Shown: positions 33,301-43,492 of the stretch, one piece after another
Layout: each line of letters starts with the position of its first letter
Position numbering within the stretch: the stretch's first letter is position 1
Assembly: GCA_963716255.1 (NCBI GenBank)
Contig: OY970303.1
Span: forward strand, 1,440,001 to 1,504,000
Origin: an uncultured Gemmatimonadales bacterium
Lineage (GTDB): Bacteria > Gemmatimonadota > Gemmatimonadetes > Longimicrobiales > Longimicrobiaceae
DNA: 64,000 nucleotides
Direction: 5' to 3'
Program-made: the position numbers and the translations under genes
The notes under the pieces: generated by a model
What the model was told of the DNA's origin: nothing
The model's input: the letters and a program-made list of their open reading frames with translations, nothing else
Database searches by the model: none

Positions 33301-34721
33301 CTGTCCACTCCGTCCCCGCCGTCCCGCCCGTGCAGGCCGGCAGACGCGGAAGCGGCGTGTTCAGCGGCGACCTCGTCCCGCGTCTCGTCCAGGAAGGCGA
33401 GCAGGCGCCGCACGTCTTCCGCGACGTTGGCGGGGCCCAGGGAAACACGCACCGCGCCGACCGCCGCGCCGCCCAGGCGGGCCCGGAAGGCGGGAAGGCT
33501 GAAGCCCTCGACGGCGGCGCGCTCCAGGAAGCCGCGCGTGGCCTCCGCCGGGAAGCCGAAGGCGTGCTCGACCGCGCCGGGGTTGCAGAAGCAGCCGCCG
33601 CGCACCGAGATGCCGGCCCCGCGGGCGCGGGCCTCCACCCGCTCGTGGTCCACGGCCCGGCCGGCGGGATCCAGCAGGTTGAAGGCGACCGTGGCGCCGC
33701 GCGACTCGGTGGTCTCCGGCCCGTGGATGCGCACGGCGGGGGCGCCGCCCGCGTGGCGCAGGGCGCGCAGGCCGTCCAGGAGCGCCGCGGTCAGCCCGGC
33801 GAGGTGGCGGGCGAGCCGCTCGGCGCCCAGCCCGGCAAGCCACTCCAGCCCGTCCGGCACCGCGGCGATCCCCAGGAAATCGAGCGTCCCGTCCTCGAAC
33901 CCCTCCGCGCCGCGCCGCAGGAGGTGCGTCCCGTGGCGGGTGGAGACGAACTCCACGGTGCCCCCGGCGAACCAGGGGCGGCGCAGCTCCGCGAGGGCGT
34001 CGCGGCGGGCCAGCAGCGCCCCCACGCCGGTGGGATAGCCGAACATCTTGTAGAAGGAGACGCAGGCGAAGTCGGGCCCGCCCTCGCCCAGACGCAGGCC
34101 GCCGGAGGGCGCGGCGGCGGCGGCGTCCAGGAGCACGCGCCACCCCCGCTCGCGCGCCGCGGCCACCAGGCCGGCGGGGTGCCGCACGCCGGAGAAGTTG
34201 CTCTGTGCGGGGAGGGCGAAGAGCCCCGGCGAGGACGCGGGGGGCTCGTCCAGCGCCTCCGCGGCGCCCAGGAGGCGCAGCTCGGCGTCCAGCGGGAGGT
34301 GGCGGACCCCGGCGCCGGCACGCCGGGCGAACTCGCGCAGCCCGTTCACGGAGTTGTGGTTGTCGGCGGCGAGGAGGAGGCGAGCGCCGGGCCGGAAGGG
34401 GAACGCCTCGCCCACCAGCCGGAGGGCGCCGCTGGCGTTCGCCGTGAAGCACACCTCGTACTCCGCCGGGTCCGCGCCGAAGTGGCGGAGCACGGCAGCC
34501 CGGGCCTCCTCCACGCGGGCGGTGCTGGCGCGGGAGGCGGGGCTGTCGGAGTGCGGGTTGCCGAAGACGCCCGCGCGCAGCGCTTCGGCGTGGCGCGACA
34601 CCAGCGACTCGGGATACAGGGCGCCGCCGGTGTAGTCCAGGTACGTCTGCCCCAGGGCGTCCAGCCGGGCGAACTCGCGGTCGCGCAGGCCGTGGAAGAA
34701 CGGGTCGGTGGCGGGTCGCAT
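33249..34721 (-). CDS. Class V PLP enzyme, molybdenum-cofactor-sulfurase-like
   Basis: YLDYTG, GNPHS, SFYKMFGYPTGVG, FEDGT, RGGCFCNPG. Confidence 0.85.
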   Translation of the reverse strand: MRPATDPFFHGLRDREFARLDALGQTYLDYTGGALYPESLVSRHAEALRAGVFGNPHSDSPASRASTARVEEARAAVLRHFGADPAEYEVCFTANASGALRLVGEAFPFRPGARLLLAADNHNSVNGLREFARRAGAGVRHLPLDAELRLLGAAEALDEPPASSPGLFALPAQSNFSGVRHPAGLVAAARERGWRVLLDAAAAAPSGGLRLGEGGPDFACVSFYKMFGYPTGVGALLARRDALAELRRPWFAGGTVEFVSTRHGTHLLRRGAEGFEDGTLDFLGIAAVPDGLEWLAGLGAERLARHLAGLTAALLDGLRALRHAGGAPAVRIHGPETTESRGATVAFNLLDPAGRAVDHERVEARARGAGISVRGGCFCNPGAVEHAFGFPAEATRGFLERAAVEGFSLPAFRARLGGAAVGAVRVSLGPANVAEDVRRLLAFLDETRDEVAAEHAASASAGLHGRDGGDGVDSGFGRAPGWRRGRASAP

Positions 34722-34753
34722 GGGTGTTTCTCGGGTGGCGATCGTTGGACTGA

Positions 34754-34891
34754 CGGGTTCGGGCGTGCCCCCGGCTGGCGCCGGGGTCGGGCTTCGGCTC
34801 CGTAAGCCCGCAAACAACGCGGGCTAACGGAGTCGAGCCCCCGCGAAACTGCCCGCGGGGTCTCGCCCCTTCGGGCCGAAATCCCTCACGC
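34754..34891 (-). repeat. Structured repeat family 1, copy 10
   Basis: Inner stem AGCCCGC/GCGGGCT. Confidence 0.95.
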
Positions 34892-34915
34892 GGGGCCGGT
34901 GCTGGCGTCCGCTGG

Positions 34916-35044
34916 GGCCCCCTCCCCCCGGCCCCCTCCCCCGCAAGCGGGAGAGGGGGAGCACGACACGACGAGCCCGAGGGTCGGGAAGCCCTCCCCC
35001 AGAATTGGGGGAGGGTGGCGGCTCTCAGGCCGCCGGGTGGGGGC
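34916..35044. repeat. Family 3 double-hairpin block
   Basis: Closely matches 51018-51168 inside the NRPS. Confidence 0.85.
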
Positions 35045-35048
35045 CTCG

Positions 35049-35711
35049 TCAGCAGCCGCTGCGGTGGAGACGGCGCACGGCGTCGGCGGTGGAGGCGGGG
35101 GGGCCGCCGTCCGGGGAAGGCCCGGGGACGGCGGCGTCCCGGGGCGCGTCCGCCTCGCCGGGCGCGACGACGCGGGGGGTGCCGCCGAAGTAGCGGCTCA
35201 GCTCCGCGGTCTCGCGGAAGGCGGCGCGGCGCGCGGGGGACGCGTCCTCGGCGACGCGGGGCTCCATCACCTCGTCCAGCCACTCGCGCAGGCCACCGCG
35301 CAGGAAGAAGACGCGCCGGATCCCCATCGCCCGCAGGAGCACCCACGCCTGCGCGGCGTGGGCACCGCCCTCCGAGTACAGCACCACCGTCTCGTCCGGT
35401 CGGAAGCCGGCGCGCTGCAGTCCGCCGAGCGGGACGCTCTCGGCGCCGGGGAGGTGGTACGCGGCGAACTCGCCCGGGGGGCGCACGTCCACCACCCGCA
35501 GCCCCGGCTCGCCGCGGCGGATCCAGCGGGCCAGCTCCAGCGCGTCCACGTGGTCCTCCTCGCGCTCCACGGCGCGCGCCAGCTCGGCCACGTCCACGCG
35601 GGCGTGGCTCCCCCGGTACGGCTCGCCCGCCAGGAGCGCCCCGGCGGCCAGGAGGAGCGCCGCCGCCGCGAGCCACGCGCGCGGGCCGGCCCGCCGCGGG
35701 AGGGGGATCAC
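35049..35711 (-). CDS. Rhodanese-like domain protein
   Basis: VVDVR, HLPGA; active-site loop LYSEGG lacks Cys; GTGA overlap. Confidence 0.8.
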   Translation of the reverse strand: MIPLPRRAGPRAWLAAAALLLAAGALLAGEPYRGSHARVDVAELARAVEREEDHVDALELARWIRRGEPGLRVVDVRPPGEFAAYHLPGAESVPLGGLQRAGFRPDETVVLYSEGGAHAAQAWVLLRAMGIRRVFFLRGGLREWLDEVMEPRVAEDASPARRAAFRETAELSRYFGGTPRVVAPGEADAPRDAAVPGPSPDGGPPASTADAVRRLHRSGC

Positions 35712-36295
35712 CGGGCGCCTCCGCGGCGCGCGGCGCGGGCCTCCACCCACCCGGCGCCCGCGAACGCCGCCAGCGCCAGCAGGGCCACGGCGAGCACCAT
35801 CGCGCCGTAGGGAACGCCGAGCACGTCGGGGAGGGTCGCGGCGCCGGCGGGGGTGGCCTCGTACATCTCCTCCACCCGGGGGAACACGCCGGCGAAGAGC
35901 AGGCTCCCGGCGAGCATCCCCGCGGCCACGGCCATGCCGTCCACCCGCCCGGTGGCCGCGGCGACGCACGAGGTGCCGGGGCACAGCCCGGCCGCGGCGA
36001 AGCCCGCCCCGAAGACGATTCCGCCCACCGCCTGCGGGAGCCACCAGGTGGCGGGGACGCTCACCCGCGCCAGGTCGAGCGCGCCGAGCCGCGCCAGCCA
36101 GAAGCTCCCCAGCATGGCGGTGAGGATGGCGCTGAACATCAGCCGGAGGACGGACAGGTCCGTGAGCCGGAACTGCCCGGCGAGCTTGCGGGCGCTCCCC
36201 ATCCCACCGCGCTCCAGGAGCCACCCGAAGGCGGCGCCCAGCAGCAGCGCGGCGGCGAGCGAGCCCACCTCGCCCGGCTGCCAGGGGGCGCTCAC
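35708..36295 (-). CDS. YeeE/YedE sulfur transporter family protein
   Basis: FGWLLERGG, GGIVFGAG, GLCPGT. Confidence 0.85.
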   Translation of the reverse strand: MSAPWQPGEVGSLAAALLLGAAFGWLLERGGMGSARKLAGQFRLTDLSVLRLMFSAILTAMLGSFWLARLGALDLARVSVPATWWLPQAVGGIVFGAGFAAAGLCPGTSCVAAATGRVDGMAVAAGMLAGSLLFAGVFPRVEEMYEATPAGAATLPDVLGVPYGAMVLAVALLALAAFAGAGWVEARAARRGGAR

Positions 36296-36825
36296 GTCCA
36301 CGCCCTCCGCAGGAGCGGCGTCGCCGCGTACGCCGCCGCGAAGGCGGCCAGCAGGAAGAGCCAGCTCCCCGCCGCGAGCAGCGAGGCGCCGGTGAGCCCC
36401 AGCCCGCTGGTGCACCCGCGCGCCAGCCGCGCCCCCACGGCCATCACCACGCCCCCGCCGAACCCCACCGCCAGCCGCGGCCCCACGCCCATGCGCGGCC
36501 CCCGCTCCACCGCCAGACGCAGCCGCCCGGCGGCCGCCGCGGACAGGAAGCCGCCCAGGAACACGCCGGCCACCTCCACCACCAGCCAGTCGCGCAGGAG
36601 GCCGCCGGGGGCGAGGTAGTCCGCCACGGCGGGGTTGCCGGCCACCGCGTCCGGCGACGCGGCCGCCACGCCCGAGGCCGCCACCGCGGCGAAGGCCCCG
36701 GAGGCGCCCAGCCCGCGCCCCGTCGCCACGAAGGCCAGCAGGAGCACGAGCCCCACGCCGACGCCCGCGAGGTGGGGATCGGCGTACGGCCGACTCGCGG
36801 GGGCGCCGGAGGCCGCGGCGCTCAC
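36292..36825 (-). CDS. YeeE/YedE sulfur transporter family protein
   Basis: GRGLGASG, GARLARGCTSG. Confidence 0.85.
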   Translation of the reverse strand: MSAAASGAPASRPYADPHLAGVGVGLVLLLAFVATGRGLGASGAFAAVAASGVAAASPDAVAGNPAVADYLAPGGLLRDWLVVEVAGVFLGGFLSAAAAGRLRLAVERGPRMGVGPRLAVGFGGGVVMAVGARLARGCTSGLGLTGASLLAAGSWLFLLAAFAAAYAATPLLRRAWT

Positions 36826-37769
36826 GGCTGCCTCGCGCGGCGCCCGGCCGCCGGGTTTTCCACGGGCAGGTCGGTGCGGCGGTCCCAGTCCTCGAAGGAG
36901 CCGTCGTACAGGCGCACGTCGTAGCCCAGCGTCCGCGCGGCGAAGAGCACCGCCGTCGCCTGCTGGCCGATGTGGCAGTAGCCCACCACGGTGTCGCCCG
37001 GCTTCGCGCCGGCGCGGCGGAAGAGCGCGTCCAGCTCGGCGGGGCTCCGGACGGCGAGCCGCTCGTCGGTGACCTCGGTGAAGGGGATGCTGCGCGCGCC
37101 GGGGATGTGCCCGGGGCGGTCGCCCCCGGCCTGGACGCCGTCGTAGAACGCAGCGGCGCGGCCGTCCACCAGCACCACGCCGGGACGGCCGCGGTGGGTG
37201 CGCACCCACTCGGCGTCCACCACAAGGTCGCGCGCCGGACGCGCGGAAAGGCGGCCCGCGGCCGGACGCGGCACCTCCGCGGTGACCGGGCGGCCCTCGC
37301 GCTTCCACGCCTGCATCCCGCCGTCCAGGATGGACGTGTTCGTGCCGAGGCCCGCGTAGTCGAGGGTGAAGAAGACGCGCGTGGTGGGGCTCACCCAGTC
37401 GCTGCCGTAGTACAGCACGACGCGCGACCCGTCCGACACGCCCAGCGCCTCCAGCCGCTCCCGCAGCTCCGCCGGGGGGAGCATCTGCAGGTGGAGCCCG
37501 TCGGCGGCCTGCGGGTGCGGGGTGGACACGTCGGCGAGGGCGACATGGCGCGCGCCGGGGATGTGCTCCCGGTCGTACTCCGCCTTTTCGCCCACGTGCA
37601 GCAGGACCAGCCCGGGACCCTGGAGGTGCCGCGCCAGCCACTCGCCGGACACCAGCATCCGCTCGCGTGCCGGCGCGGCCTGCGCGGCGAGTGCGGAGGG
37701 GAGCGCCGCGGCCAGGAGCAGCGCGGCGAGCGCGGCGCGGCGGGCGGCGCGAGGAAGGGGGACGGCCAT
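36822..37769 (-). CDS. Secreted tandem-domain sulfurtransferase
   Basis: Signal peptide, two HIPGA motifs, YCHIG active site, YDGSFEDW. Confidence 0.9.
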   Translation of the reverse strand: MAVPLPRAARRAALAALLLAAALPSALAAQAAPARERMLVSGEWLARHLQGPGLVLLHVGEKAEYDREHIPGARHVALADVSTPHPQAADGLHLQMLPPAELRERLEALGVSDGSRVVLYYGSDWVSPTTRVFFTLDYAGLGTNTSILDGGMQAWKREGRPVTAEVPRPAAGRLSARPARDLVVDAEWVRTHRGRPGVVLVDGRAAAFYDGVQAGGDRPGHIPGARSIPFTEVTDERLAVRSPAELDALFRRAGAKPGDTVVGYCHIGQQATAVLFAARTLGYDVRLYDGSFEDWDRRTDLPVENPAAGRRARQP

Positions 37770-38402
37770 GGAGCACCTCCGGGCGGGTGGGGGCGCCGGC
37801 CGCGGGGTGCGGACCGGACACGGACCCAAGATGCCGCCCGGAGGATCGCCAGTGGTGGCGGAAGTGTGCTGCTGTTGTGCGGGATTTGTGCGGAACGACA
37901 GGGGGATGGGGGAACAGGGATCCCGGTGTCCACCACGGCGGGGGAGCTCCTTGAGGCAATGCGTAGCCGCGGCAGAGGAAGCCAAGCCGGACCAACGGGG
38001 CGCGCAGAGGCACTCGTCGGGTTATGCCAGATTCCGCTTGTTCATCGGGGAGGTGCTCTGGCCGTCCGCCCTGATGATGGCATCGTCACGATCCGACTGT
38101 CTTGCGGAAATTACTTGCGCCACTCACATATTATTCGATCGGCAGGTTTCTCCCTGCGCTCGGGTTCCATCGGCAAGCTGCCCGTCCGGGCGATTGCTCG
38201 GGTTCGGGTTGAGCGCTAGGTCCGCTTCCCGCAACAGATCTCTCCTGCACCACGAGATCCCTCCCTGCGGAGGGCCTGCGGGTGTTCGGGACCGCGCCGC
38301 CGCGATTTTCTCCTCCTCGGAATTGAAGTGCATCAGGGTAGAGTGGTCGCACCCGCTGCACTCTTCCGCATCTCCGCTCCATGGCAAACGCCAGGATGAT
38401 CC

Positions 38403-39185
38403 ATGTCTGCGTCAATCCTATTTGCGGAATCGGTGCAGGACCGTACAGGCGTGGTCAAGAGCGTGCTGGAAGCTGCGGCGCAGGTTTCGACGCCGATCCG
38501 GCTTGCGGCATTCGCAATCGCCGCCGTCTTGGCTCTCATCCTGCTCCAACGCGGGGGGAAAACGCCTCCGATCGCCTGGGCGGCGCTCCTCGTGGTGGGA
38601 CTGCTCGCGGCGACACCGATCGTCGCGGATGCATTGCTGGTCCGCGACAGCCAGCGTGGCGACGACCTCTACCGCCTGCGCGTGACGGTACTGGGGTGGG
38701 ACGGGTTTCCCACGAAGCCGAGCCGCATCTGGTCGTCCTGGGGCGGCGAGGCTCAAGAGGTTGCGGCTGGATGGATGTTCGTTATCCCTCGCGCCAGCAT
38801 ACCGCAATCCGGGGTGGTAAGCGTGTATGCCTCCAGCGAATCCACGTGCGAACAGGGAGTCGCAGAGTTGAAGCTCTACGGCGACTTCAATCCCGAGATA
38901 AAGCTGCGGCTCCACCGGGATACGGAGGCCGTTGTCGCCGGAACAGTCCGGGATGAAGCGAACCGCACGGTCGTCGGAGCTCGGGTCTTCGTGGAAGGCC
39001 ACGGGGATAGAGAATTGGCGACGACGAATGCCGTCGGCGCGTTTCGCCTTCCTGCGCACGCCACCCGCTGCGAGCAGGTTCGCGTGAGTGCGGAGAAGGC
39101 CGGTTACGCCCCAACGGCGGAATACGTGTACCCTGGCGGTGTTCCCATCTCGCTGACACTCGTTTCGAATGGCACGGTAAAATGA
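38403..39185 (+). CDS. Two-TM protein with C-terminal carboxypeptidase-regulatory-like domain
   Basis: Two hydrophobic helices; GTVRD..VVGARV..TTNAVGAF..AEKAGY; atypical codon usage. Confidence 0.7.
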   Translation: MSASILFAESVQDRTGVVKSVLEAAAQVSTPIRLAAFAIAAVLALILLQRGGKTPPIAWAALLVVGLLAATPIVADALLVRDSQRGDDLYRLRVTVLGWDGFPTKPSRIWSSWGGEAQEVAAGWMFVIPRASIPQSGVVSVYASSESTCEQGVAELKLYGDFNPEIKLRLHRDTEAVVAGTVRDEANRTVVGARVFVEGHGDRELATTNAVGAFRLPAHATRCEQVRVSAEKAGYAPTAEYVYPGGVPISLTLVSNGTVK

Positions 39186-39215
39186 GACCGGCTCGCCCAC
39201 CGAGCGTTGACTGAA

Positions 39216-40887
39216 CCCGGATCCTGCACGGGAGTGGCGCCCCGGTGGATTTCGCCTCTCGCGAGCCGGCAGATGACGGCGGAGGCGGCGACCGAGCGAG
39301 CCGGGACGTTGCCGCCGCCCTCGCAAGAGGCTCTGCCGCGGCTGATTCCGGTCTGCCGGGCGCCGCAGGGCAAAGCGGCTCCACCACCGGGCCGATGGGC
39401 TCCGGTCTTCCTCGCCCTGCGTGCCTGCGCCAGAGACTCTCAGGCTGGCAGGGGCGGTCCCGTGCCGACCCGGCGCAGCGCCCGGAGCAGTTCTCGGCGC
39501 AGCGGCTCGGCCCGCTGGAGCTGCACGTACTGCTTGCGCGCGTGCGTGGTCAGCTTCGCCGGAAGGCGGAAGAGCCAGGCCCGCAGGCGCTTCGGCTGTG
39601 CCCGGCGCCAGCTTCCCGAGAGCGCCGTGGTGCGGAGGGTGTGGAGCATCTGATACGCCAGCGCACCCAGCGCCCAGAGCAGATGATTACCCCCCAGATC
39701 ATCGACCGCCGTCTGCCCCACCGAGAGCTGTCCCAGCTCCTCGATCCGCTGCTCCACGAGCGCGCCCTGGTTGTAGAGCCGCCACGCCGAGAGGACGCTG
39801 ATCCCCGCCACGTTGCTCAGCACGTGCGCCGTCTTCTCGACCTTGTAGCTCTCCAGCTCCAGCTCGCCTTCGGCGCCCCCGATCTCGCGCCGCTGTTCCA
39901 CCGTCAGCAGCCGCGCGCCGTAGATCGTGCCCGAGGCCGTCCAGAGCTTGGGGTCCTTCTGGGAGCGGCGAAAGGGCGAGAGGTGACGCCGCAGCCACTT
40001 CTGGTCGGGCACCTTGAGCACGTAGCCGACCCCGAGGGCCTCCAGCGCCTCGACCATCTTCCGGGAGAAGAACCCCTTGTCCAGACGCAGCGTGATCTGC
40101 TCGACCCCGGCCGCGCGGAGCTGCCCCACCAGGGCCTCGATCCAGGGGATCGCCCCGGCGGCGGTGTGGGCGCTGCCCGCTCGCCAGCGCACGCCCAGGC
40201 AGTCGCCCGTCTCGGCCAGGAAGGCCACCAGCGGGTGGTGACTGGGTCGGCCCTTCTTCGTGGGGTTGTAGCCCTTTTCGGCGCCCGCCTGCTTGAGCCC
40301 GTATCGCTGCACCACCGTGCTGTCCAGCACCAGCATCACCGAGCGCGGCACTGCGCTCCTCGCCCAACGGGCACGCACCATCTGCCAGAGAACGGCGTCG
40401 AGCTGCCCCGCCAGGCGCTCCCCGCCGCGACGCAGCCAGCGCCCGTAGGTCGTTGGATCGGGCAGGCCCTTCCAGCCGAAGAGGCGGCGGATGCCGCGCC
40501 CGCCCAGCAGGCGCAGATCATCCATGCAGCCGCCGCCGTAGAGCAGCAGTACGATCCAGAGCTCCACCATCAGGCTCGGCCGGTAGGCGCCGCGCAGCCA
40601 GGCCGCTTCGGTGTCGAGCCTCTGCCCCAGCCCCAGTCGATCCCAGAGACGGCGAAGCAGCAGCAGGCCCGCTCCGTCCGTCAGCTCACCGGCCGAGTGC
40701 CGAAGCCGCAGCGGGGCCGCCCTGCCTTGCACGTGGGGTCGAGAAGCGATAGTCTGAACTCGCACCGTCTGGGTGCCTATGGTTGGGTGGAATACTTCTG
40801 CCAGGAAGTTCCCTCAACCTACGGCCCCAGGCGGTGTTCTGCATCCTACCCCTCCCTTTTCCTACCTTCACCCGTGCAGGATCCGGG
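39216..40887 (-). mobile_element. IS1380-family insertion sequence, 1672 bp
   Basis: Perfect 17-bp IRs CCCGGATCCTGCACGGG; 5-bp TSD CTGAA at 39211-39215 and 40888-40892. Confidence 0.93.
39440..40765 (-). CDS. IS1380-family transposase
   Basis: LTDGAGL, LDSTV, GYNP..HPL, RLDKGF, YNQGALVEQRIEE. Confidence 0.9.
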   Translation of the reverse strand: MRVQTIASRPHVQGRAAPLRLRHSAGELTDGAGLLLLRRLWDRLGLGQRLDTEAAWLRGAYRPSLMVELWIVLLLYGGGCMDDLRLLGGRGIRRLFGWKGLPDPTTYGRWLRRGGERLAGQLDAVLWQMVRARWARSAVPRSVMLVLDSTVVQRYGLKQAGAEKGYNPTKKGRPSHHPLVAFLAETGDCLGVRWRAGSAHTAAGAIPWIEALVGQLRAAGVEQITLRLDKGFFSRKMVEALEALGVGYVLKVPDQKWLRRHLSPFRRSQKDPKLWTASGTIYGARLLTVEQRREIGGAEGELELESYKVEKTAHVLSNVAGISVLSAWRLYNQGALVEQRIEELGQLSVGQTAVDDLGGNHLLWALGALAYQMLHTLRTTALSGSWRRAQPKRLRAWLFRLPAKLTTHARKQYVQLQRAEPLRRELLRALRRVGTGPPLPA

Positions 40888-40900
40888 CTGAAAGGTCGCG

Positions 40901-43372
40901 ATGATCTTCCCCCCGCGTCGCCCCCGCGCATGGCTTCTGGCCGCGCTCGTTCTGCTCCCCGTCCAATCCGCCGATGCACAGGCAGGAGCCCTCCAGTCCG
41001 GTACTCAACTCCTTCTGCACGTGGAGCGGCTTGATCGTCGCCCCGTGGTCGGAGCGCGCCTGACCGTACGTGGCCAGGCTGATGTCAGTGCGCCGACCAC
41101 TGCAGCAGGACGAACACGCATTCAGCTTGGGCCCGCAACGCAGCCGGGCACTTGGGTCGGCTTACGGCTCGTCCAGTCTCCCCCAGGCCAGGATCTCGTC
41201 ATCCTTTCCCCCTGGGATGAGCAGGTCATGCTACCCCCCAGAGGTGCTGCCGCGCAAAACTACGTGCCAGTAGTTCTCGCTGAGAAAAGCTCACGCAGGC
41301 TTCTTGACGATGAGCAGGCTCTGGGCATAATCATCCGACGTGTGCTCAAGGCGGAGCAATCCTCGGTGGGCTCGCAGGCATCGCGACCCGTGGACCTCGC
41401 GGACGCGCGCGCACGGGTGGCGAGGGAGTTCGGTCTTCCGGTGGATTCTCTCGAGGCGGCGCTACGGGCATGGAGCGCGAGGCCCAGGACCGATCCGCTG
41501 GAGCGAGGGTTGGCGGCCCTGTATGAAAGGCGGTACACCGAGGCTGATCGCTCGTTCTTGGAAGCAGACACGCTCGCGGAGCACCGGCTGGTAGAGGTGC
41601 GCCAGTTCCGCGCAAAGTCGTTCTACGAGCAGGGACGGTACCGAGAAGGGGTCGCCTTGCTCGAGCCGTTGGCATCGCTGCGACCGAATGATTACGATCT
41701 GCTGAATCAACTGGCCGTTTGCCTCCTCGCCGCAGGCGAGTATCCGGCAGCCGAGCCCTTCCTGCGCCGCGCGCTGGACATCGCCGAGAAGGAGGGTGGA
41801 GGCGAGTACCCCCACGTCGCGCTTCCGCTCACGAACCTAGGCTGGCTTCTCTTCACCCGAAGCGAGTACGCAGTTGCCGAACAACACTTTCGTCGTGCGT
41901 TGGCGATCAATGAACAGGGAGCGGGCGCGGAGCATCCGAGTGTAGCAATTACGCTCAACCATCTCGGTTCGCTGCTTCTCTACACCGGTGACTTCCCACA
42001 AGCCGAACGGGTCTTTCGCCGCGCGGTCGCCATCAATGAGAAAGTTGTGGGAACCCCGCCAGCAGATCTCGCGAACTCAATCGCGAACCTCGGCGCAGTG
42101 CTGACGGCACAGCACCACTATACCGAAGCCGAACCGCTCCTTCGCCGCGCAGTCACCATCCTGGACACTCTCGGAGCGAATCACCCCGACCTGGCGGAAG
42201 CGGTCGACAAACTCGGAGGAATGCTCGCCAACAGGGGCGAGTACATGGAAGCCGAGACTCTGCTTCGCCGTGCCTTGACAATCAGGGAGAACGCACTTGG
42301 GCGCGAGCACCCGGTCGTGGCGATCTCGCTCAACCACCTGGGCGCGCTTCTGGTCAGAAAACGGGATTTTGCCGCTGCGGAGCCGCTGGTGCGAAGGGCG
42401 ATAGCGATTCGCGAAGCATCGGTCGGCCCCAACGATCCGCGATTGGCGGCCGATTTGAAGCTTCTCGGCGGCCTCCTGCTTGCCCGTGGTGACAATGTGG
42501 CAGCCGAGCCACTGCTTCGCCGGGCAGTCGCCATCTTCGACGAGGTGCTCGGAGGGAACAACCCGGATGCGGTAGATGCGCTCAGAACCCTCGCTGCGCT
42601 CCTGTACCGGACAGACGACCTCGCGGCGGCAGAGTCGTTGCTTCGCCGTGCTCTGGCAATCAACGAGCGAATACTCGGGCCTGAACACCCGGAGGTGGCG
42701 GCCACGCTTGACGATATGGGCACGCTCTTGATGGCGAAGAGAGAATACGTGGGCGCGGAGCCTCTGTTCCGTCGCGCGCTCACCATCAACGAGAGGGCGT
42801 TCGGACCCGAGCACCTGAAGGTCGTGAATCCGCTAAATGATCTTGCAGATCTCCTGCTGGCCACGGGAAACCCCGCCGGCGCGGAGCCATACCAACGTAA
42901 AGCCCTGTCAATCACTGAGAAAGCGCTTGGAACGGAGCACCCGGATGTGGCGGTATCCCTCAGCAGACTCGCCCGGGTGCTGCGCAGGATGGACGACATG
43001 CCCCAGGCTGAGCCGCTACTGCGGCGTGCGCTTGCCATCAACGAGAACGCCTTCGGAACCGAGCATCCTAGCGTCGCGGCCGCCCTCGATGAACTGGGAT
43101 CGCTGCTGATGGACGATGGCGCAACCGCGGAGGCCGAGCGGCTCCTGCGCCGCGCACTCGCTGTCAACGAGAACGCATTCGGCGTTGAGCACCCGGCTGT
43201 AGCCATGTCTCTCGAACGGCTTGCCTGGCTCGCAGAGGACACGGGTAACATTGCGGGGGCGGAGCAGCTTCTCCGCCGTGCGCTGGCGATCTATGAAAAA
43301 GCGCTCGGAAGTGACCACTCCACGGCTCATGAGGTGCGCGCCGACCTTCAGCGCCTGCGGTCCAACAGGTGA
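40901..43372 (+). CDS. Secreted tetratricopeptide-repeat protein
   Basis: Signal peptide; more than ten ~42-aa repeats of AEPLLRRALAIxExxLGxEHP. Confidence 0.9.
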   Translation: MIFPPRRPRAWLLAALVLLPVQSADAQAGALQSGTQLLLHVERLDRRPVVGARLTVRGQADVSAPTTAAGRTRIQLGPATQPGTWVGLRLVQSPPGQDLVILSPWDEQVMLPPRGAAAQNYVPVVLAEKSSRRLLDDEQALGIIIRRVLKAEQSSVGSQASRPVDLADARARVAREFGLPVDSLEAALRAWSARPRTDPLERGLAALYERRYTEADRSFLEADTLAEHRLVEVRQFRAKSFYEQGRYREGVALLEPLASLRPNDYDLLNQLAVCLLAAGEYPAAEPFLRRALDIAEKEGGGEYPHVALPLTNLGWLLFTRSEYAVAEQHFRRALAINEQGAGAEHPSVAITLNHLGSLLLYTGDFPQAERVFRRAVAINEKVVGTPPADLANSIANLGAVLTAQHHYTEAEPLLRRAVTILDTLGANHPDLAEAVDKLGGMLANRGEYMEAETLLRRALTIRENALGREHPVVAISLNHLGALLVRKRDFAAAEPLVRRAIAIREASVGPNDPRLAADLKLLGGLLLARGDNVAAEPLLRRAVAIFDEVLGGNNPDAVDALRTLAALLYRTDDLAAAESLLRRALAINERILGPEHPEVAATLDDMGTLLMAKREYVGAEPLFRRALTINERAFGPEHLKVVNPLNDLADLLLATGNPAGAEPYQRKALSITEKALGTEHPDVAVSLSRLARVLRRMDDMPQAEPLLRRALAINENAFGTEHPSVAAALDELGSLLMDDGATAEAERLLRRALAVNENAFGVEHPAVAMSLERLAWLAEDTGNIAGAEQLLRRALAIYEKALGSDHSTAHEVRADLQRLRSNR

Positions 43373-43492
43373 CGCTGAGGCTCTGCTCATGACGGGGCGG
43401 GCATTGTTCCAGATCGGCTCCGGCGTGCGTTGCTGAAGCTGGAAGATCAAGCCAGACTCTGCGGCGCAGTAGAGGGGGCCGAGCATGCACCG

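Noticed and set aside
37990..38400. Short ORFs at the left edge of the lower-GC insert
   Set aside because: No recognisable motifs or RBS; probably non-coding or decayed
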